A stretch of DNA of 64,000 nucleotides, taken from assembly GCA_041752695.1 (NCBI GenBank), contig JBGSVZ010000098.1:23290-87289 (forward strand). The letters are read 5' to 3'. The notes below the pieces were generated by a model. It worked only from the letters and a program-made list of their open reading frames with translations. It made no database searches and was not told where the DNA came from. Source of the DNA: Terrimicrobiaceae bacterium. GTDB lineage: Bacteria > Verrucomicrobiota > Verrucomicrobiia > Chthoniobacterales > Terrimicrobiaceae. Positions 60,001-64,000 of this stretch are shown in pieces (position 1 is the first letter of the stretch; each line of letters begins with the position of its first letter). A program made the translations under genes and the position numbers.

Positions 60001-60703
60001 CGAGGCACCGCTGACCAAACTTGCGGGCAAATATTCGCTCGAAGTGTATTTCGGGGTGGACGAGGAAAGAATGAAGCGTCTTTTCGCGAAACCGGCCGCC
60101 GCGGCCCGCGGAACGTGGAGCGGAACGCTCCCCTCTACGCAGGGCTATCTGCGAGCCGTGCTGCGCCAGGGAGACGAAATGCTCATCGGGCCCGCCGTGT
60201 CCGTGGCGACCGGCAAATCCCTGCTGCCGTTGGACGCTCTGGAGCAGGTTCCCCTGGCCAGTGGCGGAGTCGCCCGGGGATGGGCCGGAGTCCCTGCCGT
60301 GCCAGCCACCCTGGAAAAAGGCGGTCCCTCGAACGAGACCCGGTTCCTGCGCCTCGACGGTGACCGCCAGTATGAAATGGAACTCATTGCCGAACGTGTG
60401 CCGATTGATCCGAAAAAAAACTACCACTTCGGGTGTTGGTTTCGCTACCCGCAGAATGCCGGCAACGCCCGGATCGGCTGGAGGGTTTTCGATGCGAATG
60501 GCAAGGAACTCAACCGCTTCTCCGCCAACGGCAATTTCGCGGGCAACCGCTGGAATTACGCCGTGCAGCGTTTTGGAAGTGGACGGAATTCCTCCAGCTT
60601 TTCCGACAACACCGCCTTCATCGAACCATTCGTGACCTTCACCGGTCGCTGTGACTTGCAAGGGATGTTCCTCACCGAAGTCGAACGTCCGACCGAGGAT
60701 TAA
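54002..60703 (+). CDS. Giant exported TPR-repeat protein (2233 aa) with C-terminal carbohydrate-binding-like beta domain
   Basis: Signal peptide; dozens of TPR-like helical pairs; C-terminal VPIDPKKNYHFGCWFR..RIGWRVFDANG..W.Y. Confidence 0.85.
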   Translation: MKKLLLTAVSFVVITSLHAEPLSQPVLERYEQMLLGAPEAGTAFDKIYQHYLETDGLETLAKRWREGADRGGATKGDYLLVLGLLDERRGKTEEALTALRESADAGTTWRAWAALADVEGRAGKLKEAITSYQKALGLKPPKDAMAKLYRGLALSQQRQMDFAGAVDTWGAYAKASPDDPFVLEEAGDALLDAARYDEAGTMFRNLREMKDVDPARKLNASLRLAEVERQRGDKEAALKIYTEALAESGEASWLQREVRSRIDRLFRSDDDLPGLVTYYEKRLKAEPGDLEAALSLSETLGELNRAEESLKVLQSAAGKAPDRKDVQMKLAVNLLRAERPAEAQSTLEALAKKNPADFDLTAQLGEAQWMSFKLGKGDKPSAVATWRKLAPEGADANAVQRLAEIFRAHGLAEEALAEYRRGLQLDPAANDRRERLADYLMELDRKAEALMEIRELVTGDRASGENYLRLARVQRRFGDIAAAKKSLLAAVEYPDRIFDRQYLLWQIASEEKAWEEAEKLAGQMRAAATTEPEIERADDCLVESLRESKKTLAEIQRLLERQKTDPAAFTESEWRLLFVLALAANDNGTAEFALGEGIKQFPQSAGLSKQEIAFARRTNDVERRLAALARLEIIEPQRVGEWKTQRVGALRDAQRSDEAVSLAQSVVALSPAKADGHLLLADALLAAQRQPDAIKALKEAVRLSENPNQVRLRLADLFLATGDYAAARDMMDEAFEAEESPAGKLQLTGRLAGVYLQDGKVDELINKLRARQKAEQGGWRYAMYLAEIYLMMQDTVRAMEELDKALAGKPDDAILLKRLFSLAQTNGDTESALRYARKIAEVEPSKQSRADLGLALASDDKLDEALLLVRENSADFLAEPSAWQGVVRALQAAEKTGELATMLEGKLRANPDDWRSLMTLAEILMGAGQTEKASELLWRVVDVQETAAPAAAPASTPALANPVSGRLQGYPGGMMAGTQVYTRAQSRQMRFGEVYQRAIQMLANPQNPNAGLNFSRRRTVYGGAMPTQSGTLSDAQDDALVYLACIAARDAREEDFLRRLAEALANQPLEQRIEIYHMLQAPEPALAEIEAALAAGPIDPKIVNSAYSAVQMMIGNRQNNLSFPGAAVSQERLKSLADKLGQQMSATIQPQNIFQRYHLLTSLGKKEEAEKLVDQMLAATDEKDPAQLVTAMQFSLMRKNFDRALAYHAKLNEARKLSGQARQPGQDFGLAMALMATETHRDKAYDLFAVEFLQPGSALRSPFGGLMRQPISWPQLRTGSVGQYLPLPTAELDLQRINMLRSLGLNNPQMRQALPELGKRFARLAAEKKSPALQQAAIWLRWYGGDQEGAQTEMKALLASRPSDDLALNHAMMLFELKKSAEVLKTLEMVKARSGDTLEAAARLRLVAALQAKDQKAARDAALKLQGARLVDYEQRELVQEMKRLGLTDEAAKLEKKITTSRNPSHRTRQMADTMRERMENGDRGEATAIAYALISRDPFARSVRNERYQQELALRTLKKFGELDGYIDNLQKDLAEAPDSARLNAQLAQALQVREPRSAEPYYRKLAELRPKDADWLQQFGSILLQSEQFEEAMRLYDRLLVENPTLLFAQGSNFVEPYRRTKSWRRLADAIAKSPDPKPDPLNPNRQNFSHVFLEIGKELQRARPPIDPVDVWLKGLTWDENSSLQLRPTLAQALVRAGRTDEARRVIEEAFFPPGRDERATKLFVYNRQYRPNALWSQWSSYGDGQIESPAMRLMRMANTLGLLAELLPRIDQIPPASDGSQPRVMARLILRDESLLPEIRKLIAAVKETGPSNAPAGGTNANALRIFADELADWPAGRELAYSALEAAAKLTQGQDFNTAMGIQIQRAALAAEDGKTDVVKSALRQWVEAQTSWQRQGAQIDFTNALGVLKRMAAAGMVEEVGQLSDTLKADRNYSQTHYQRLLKQAENEIAVTLGKTGEVSAVLAWTPGDAGGRVMWDLRPAGGEEDNSPTIWMNEAPLTKLAGKYSLEVYFGVDEERMKRLFAKPAAAARGTWSGTLPSTQGYLRAVLRQGDEMLIGPAVSVATGKSLLPLDALEQVPLASGGVARGWAGVPAVPATLEKGGPSNETRFLRLDGDRQYEMELIAERVPIDPKKNYHFGCWFRYPQNAGNARIGWRVFDANGKELNRFSANGNFAGNRWNYAVQRFGSGRNSSSFSDNTAFIEPFVTFTGRCDLQGMFLTEVERPTED

Positions 60704-60708
60704 TGACC

Positions 60709-60748
60709 CAAAAAAAACGCCGGAGGGGAATCCTCCGGCGTTTTTTGG
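60709..60748. terminator. Bidirectional rho-independent terminator
   Basis: A8-CGCCGGAGG-GGAAT-CCTCCGGCG-T6 between convergent genes. Confidence 0.9.
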
Positions 60749-60762
60749 TGATGGTTGGGCGA

Positions 60763-61377
60763 CTAAGCCTTAGGAGCGGCCCCGGCGATGGCGAGTTCGA
60801 TCTCGATTTCGTCCGACACTTTGTCGAGGTTTTTGCCGGGCTGGATGTTGTAGTCGCTGCGTTTGATGACAAACTCCGCGCGGATTACCAGCAGGTCGCC
60901 GGGGGTTTTTTGCGGGCTGCGTTCCGCCAGACGACCGGGCAGATGGGTGACTTTTGCCTCGACGGTGATTTCTTTGGAAACGCCGTTGAGCGTGAAGAGG
61001 CCCGTCACTTTGGCTTCGCCCTTGTCGCCCTTCTTTTCGATCTCGCCGACCTTCTTGATCTCGAAGGTGATCTCCGGATTGGCTTTGGCGTTGAGCCATT
61101 GATCGCCGAGCATGTGCTCTTTCATCATGGCATTGGGCACGGTGAGCGAATCGGTGGTGACGACGATTTTTCCCGTGGTTGCGTCCGGCTTTTCCGGGTC
61201 GATCGTCACGGTGCCCGAGACGCCATTGGCCTGGCCATTGATGGACTCAAGCGGGGCATCGAGTTTGAAGATGACGTTATTGACGCCCTTCGGATCCTTG
61301 AAATCGAAGGTGAGCGGGGCGGCGTGAGCTGCGGTGACAAGGGCCGCTGTGAGAACGAGGGTGTGGGTCAGTTTCAT
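60763..61377 (-). CDS. YceI-family (polyisoprenoid-binding) exported protein
   Basis: Signal peptide; G.VTIDP, HM....WLNA..NPEITF, G.FTLNGVSK and IKRSDYNI motifs. Confidence 0.9.
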   Translation of the reverse strand: MKLTHTLVLTAALVTAAHAAPLTFDFKDPKGVNNVIFKLDAPLESINGQANGVSGTVTIDPEKPDATTGKIVVTTDSLTVPNAMMKEHMLGDQWLNAKANPEITFEIKKVGEIEKKGDKGEAKVTGLFTLNGVSKEITVEAKVTHLPGRLAERSPQKTPGDLLVIRAEFVIKRSDYNIQPGKNLDKVSDEIEIELAIAGAAPKA

Positions 61378-61634
61378 GAGGTTTTGGGTTTGAGTTTGGA
61401 CAGGAAAAATCCGGCGGCAAAAAGCACGCCTGAGCCAATGAGACCAGCGCCGAGGAAGTCGATTCCCGGCACAAAACCATCCTCAAATTCCGAGAAGGCG
61501 ATCTCGGTGATGGGATCGACCTTTTTCGTCTCGATCTGATTTCTCGACCAACCCATGTGCGCCCCGAGAGCGAACCAGATCCCGAGGACCGCGAGGGCGC
61601 AGAGGACGGCAAAAATTTGCAGCATTTTGGCCAT
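61374..61634 (-). CDS. Small two-TM hypothetical membrane protein coupled to yceI
   Basis: Two hydrophobic segments flanking GWS..QIE....DPITEI....FVPGIDFLG; ATGA overlap. Confidence 0.7.
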   Translation of the reverse strand: MAKMLQIFAVLCALAVLGIWFALGAHMGWSRNQIETKKVDPITEIAFSEFEDGFVPGIDFLGAGLIGSGVLFAAGFFLSKLKPKTS

Positions 61635-61672
61635 GGAAGGAGGGAATTTACCTAGGAAATCGCCCCGTGCAA

Positions 61673-61921
61673 CTACCCTTCGATCGTATTGATCTCGACG
61701 GGTTCGACTTTTATGCCGAGCTCTTCCAGCCAGGCGATGGCGCTTTTAATTTCCTCACGCTCCCCGGTGAGTTCGAGGGAAACCAGGCCGATTTCCTCCG
61801 TCACGCTGGCCTGGCGGACATTGGTGATCACAGGGAAGGTTTTTCCGAGGTCGTAAATGACGGGACGCGTGATGTGTCGGGCGGGATACATCAGCCAAAG
61901 ACGGGTGACTTGCTGGGCCAT
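61673..61921 (-). CDS. Stand-alone NIL-domain protein
   Basis: RLWLMYP....PVIY.L...F.V..NVRQA.V....G.V.LEL.G....I..A..WL...G..VE. Confidence 0.85.
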   Translation of the reverse strand: MAQQVTRLWLMYPARHITRPVIYDLGKTFPVITNVRQASVTEEIGLVSLELTGEREEIKSAIAWLEELGIKVEPVEINTIEG

Positions 61922-62019
61922 GAGATGAGTAAACCGCAAAATCTGTCATCCCGCCAACGGAAAAGCAAAGAATGCGGGCGCACCAAGGAGGGCCGTCTTT
62001 GGTAGGTCCTACTGGCCGC

Positions 62020-62055
62020 TTGACCCGATATCGGCTATGATAGATAATCTATCAT
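62020..62055 (+). promoter_or_regulatory. TA-operon promoter with palindromic operator
   Basis: TTGACC(62020)-17-GATAAT(62043); perfect inverted repeat ATGATAGAT-A-ATCTATCAT at 62037-62055. Confidence 0.75.
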
Positions 62056-62056
62056 T

Positions 62057-62299
62057 ATGAAGACCGCCACTGTCGCCGATTTGAGGAACGACTTCGCCAC
62101 GCTCTCCCGGTGGATTCACGGTGGCGAGCCCGTTACCATCACGAAGAGAGGGGTTCCCTTCGCCACTCTTGCCCCGGTCCACAAGGTGAAAAAACTCCCC
62201 CGTCTTGATCGTCTCGCCCGCCTACGGAAACAATTTCCCCAAGGACCCGTCGCGGGCGATTCCCGCGATGTAGTGGATTATGACCGGGGTGACCGATGA
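62057..62299 (+). CDS. Phd/YefM-family antitoxin
   Basis: MKTATVADLRNDF...GEPVTITKRGVPFATLAP; upstream of a PIN toxin. Confidence 0.88.
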   Translation: MKTATVADLRNDFATLSRWIHGGEPVTITKRGVPFATLAPVHKVKKLPRLDRLARLRKQFPQGPVAGDSRDVVDYDRGDR

Positions 62300-62757
62300 G
62301 AACCTATATTGACACCGCCCTTTTCGCGAAGGCCTTCATTCTGGAGGCCGATTCGCCGGAAACAATTGCGCTTTTGGAGAAGGTGGGGGAACCATTTGCC
62401 TTCTCCCACCTTCACGAACTGGAGATCCCAAACGCGATCCGGCTGAAACGCTTCCGCGGGGAAATTACCAAGGCCCAGGAAGTTGCCGCGATTCGCACCT
62501 TTCGGACCGACCTGCAAGCGGGTCGCTTCGAACGGCTAACCTACGATCTCAGCGCGGTCTTCATCCGCGCGGAGCAACTTTCCGCAAAATATTCCGGCGA
62601 CACAGGGACCCGCAGCCTCGACCTCTGGCATGTCGCCGCCGCGCTGGAGGCGGGCTGCACCACCTTCGCTTCTTACGATGCGCGCCAGCGAGCAGTGGCG
62701 AAACTCAGTGGATTGACCTTGCTTCCCGCCTCGGCAACCAAGGGCCGTAAGAAATGA
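62296..62757 (+). CDS. vapC: VapC-family PIN-domain toxin
   Basis: YIDT, ELEI.NA, TRSLDLWH.A.A and FASYD acidic PIN residues; ATGA overlap. Confidence 0.88.
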   Translation: MRTYIDTALFAKAFILEADSPETIALLEKVGEPFAFSHLHELEIPNAIRLKRFRGEITKAQEVAAIRTFRTDLQAGRFERLTYDLSAVFIRAEQLSAKYSGDTGTRSLDLWHVAAALEAGCTTFASYDARQRAVAKLSGLTLLPASATKGRKK

Positions 62758-62772
62758 TATCGACGCAATTTG

Positions 62773-62836
62773 ACATCCCATCTTGGATTTCCCGATTTTC
62801 GGGCCCCGATCTCCCAACATCGATCTTCCATCTCCG
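62773..62836. repeat. Degenerate heptamer tandem repeat (ATCTYCS-like)
   Basis: ATCTTGG..ATTTTCG GGCCCCG ATCTCCC AACATCG ATCTTCC ATCTCCG, period 7. Confidence 0.5.
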
Positions 62837-62862
62837 AACCGGCCCCGGCATGATCCCTCAGC

Positions 62863-63999
62863 ATGTCTTCAAGTTCCCAGAATGCCGCGTCGATGGTGGA
62901 TCGTATGGCGGGCGGACTTCCTCCGGCGGAGGTGCTGGAGCGGCTGGCTCCGCGGTTTGATCCGTTGCCGCCTCGGGTGCCGGGGGCGTCGCTGGCGAAT
63001 GAAGAGGCGGTGGCCCGGCGGTGGAAATTGCTGCCGGACGACGCGAAGGGCGCGCTCTGGGCGGGTGGGGAGCTGACGGGATTTTCGCGGAATATCGAAA
63101 ACGTGATCGGCGCGGTCACGGTGCCGGTTGGCGTGGCCGGTCCGCTGCGGGTGAATGGCTGCGCGGCGCAGGGGGATTATTACATTCCGCTGGCCACGAC
63201 GGAGGCGGCGCTGGTGGCGTCATACACGCGGGGGTGTCAGTTGCTCAGCGAAAGTGGCGGTTGCACGACGCTCATTCTCGCGGAGGGCGTGAGCCGGGCT
63301 CCGGGGTTTGTGTTTTCCAATCTGCGCGAGGTCGGCGAGTTCGTGACTTGGGCGCTGGGGCAGAAGGAAAACTTCCAACGCGAGGCGGAGGCGACGACCC
63401 GTCACGGCAAACTCCTCGACCTGCGACTCACGGTGGAGGGAAACCACGTGTACATGATTTTCGAGTATTTCACTGCGGACGCCGCCGGGCAGAACATGGT
63501 GACCATCGCGACTCAGGCGGTGTGTGATTTTATCAGGGATCATTCGCCAGTCCGGCCGGTTCATGTTTTCGTGGAGGCGAATCTATCGGGGGACAAAAAG
63601 GCCAGCGCGCAATCCTTCCAAACCGTGCGGGGACGCAAGGTCGCGGCGGAGTGTTTGATCCCTGCGGAGAATCTCGTCAAACGTCTGCATACGGACGCGG
63701 CGGCGCTGGAGGAGTATTGGCGGATGTCGGCGCTGGGCGGGGTCCTTAGCGGCACGATCGGGGTGCAGGGACATTATGCCAATGGGCTGGCGGCGTTGTT
63801 TCTGGCGACGGGGCAGGATGTGGCCTGCGTGTCGGAGGCGGCGGTGGGTGTGACGCGATTCGAGGCGAAGGCGGACGGGAGCCTGTACGCGAGTGTGACG
63901 TTGCCGAATCTCATCATGGGCACGGTCGGCGGCGGCACGGGGTTGCCATCGCAGGCGGCGTGTCTGGACATTCTCGGGCTGCGCGGCGCAGGGCACGGG
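62863..63999 (+). CDS. Hydroxymethylglutaryl-CoA reductase, class I type (3'-truncated by window edge; absent from supplied ORF track)
   Basis: Manual translation: ENVIG, PLATTEAALVAS, TADAAGQNM, NLSGDKK, GQDVA, GTVGGGT. Confidence 0.93.
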   Translation, partial: MSSSSQNAASMVDRMAGGLPPAEVLERLAPRFDPLPPRVPGASLANEEAVARRWKLLPDDAKGALWAGGELTGFSRNIENVIGAVTVPVGVAGPLRVNGCAAQGDYYIPLATTEAALVASYTRGCQLLSESGGCTTLILAEGVSRAPGFVFSNLREVGEFVTWALGQKENFQREAEATTRHGKLLDLRLTVEGNHVYMIFEYFTADAAGQNMVTIATQAVCDFIRDHSPVRPVHVFVEANLSGDKKASAQSFQTVRGRKVAAECLIPAENLVKRLHTDAAALEEYWRMSALGGVLSGTIGVQGHYANGLAALFLATGQDVACVSEAAVGVTRFEAKADGSLYASVTLPNLIMGTVGGGTGLPSQAACLDILGLRGAGHG

Positions 64000-64000
64000 C

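Noticed and set aside
58931..60661. 576-aa minus-strand ORF
   Set aside because: Antisense shadow of the giant TPR gene
60703..61539. 278-aa ORF abutting the TPR stop codon
   Set aside because: Starts inside the terminator and is antisense to yceI
61940..62019. Possible riboswitch upstream of the NIL gene
   Set aside because: A small hairpin is present but no SAM, TPP or other consensus is recognisable
62754..63996. Short track ORFs over the window end
   Set aside because: Out-of-frame or antisense to the HMG-CoA reductase frame starting at 62863

Overview
A GC-rich bacterial chromosome segment with about 52 CDS and no recognisable tRNA, rRNA, CRISPR array or transposase. It is most likely Verrucomicrobiota (Chthoniobacterales/Terrimicrobium-like). 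This is inferred from a TIGR02597-like gene, the rbfA-DHH-truB-ribF order and PVC-type repeats. Housekeeping blocks are sdhAB, rbfA-nrnA-truB-ribF, tlyA-nadK-EIIA, tatA, comEC and proC. Poorly understood modules lie between them. (1) A large Bat-like envelope locus: coiled-coil protein, MoxR, DUF58, BatA-VWA, VWA-GATase-VWA and a 2233-aa exported TPR protein, split by a hybrid kinase and a VOC gene. (2) A VWA-histidine kinase-OmpR operon with an 11-bp-period operator. (3) A P/S-scavenging block: a PHO-box-preceded 5'-nucleotidase with both a signal peptide and an RTX tail, plus a Tat sulfatase with a conserved-looking C-terminal domain next to a TIGR02597-like gene. (4) A DUF3592/arrestin-like/P-loop ATPase triplet. 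(5) An internally duplicated 1363-aa membrane protein. (6) A Cys-less TlpA. (7) A Phd-VapC toxin-antitoxin pair followed by a class I HMG-CoA reductase that is missing from the ORF track. Non-coding signals include a covarying GGAG-foot REP hairpin family, a GTAG REP doublet, 7-9-nt tandem repeats and a recurring leaderless-type promoter layout. Family calls come from motifs recognised by eye; no database search was run.
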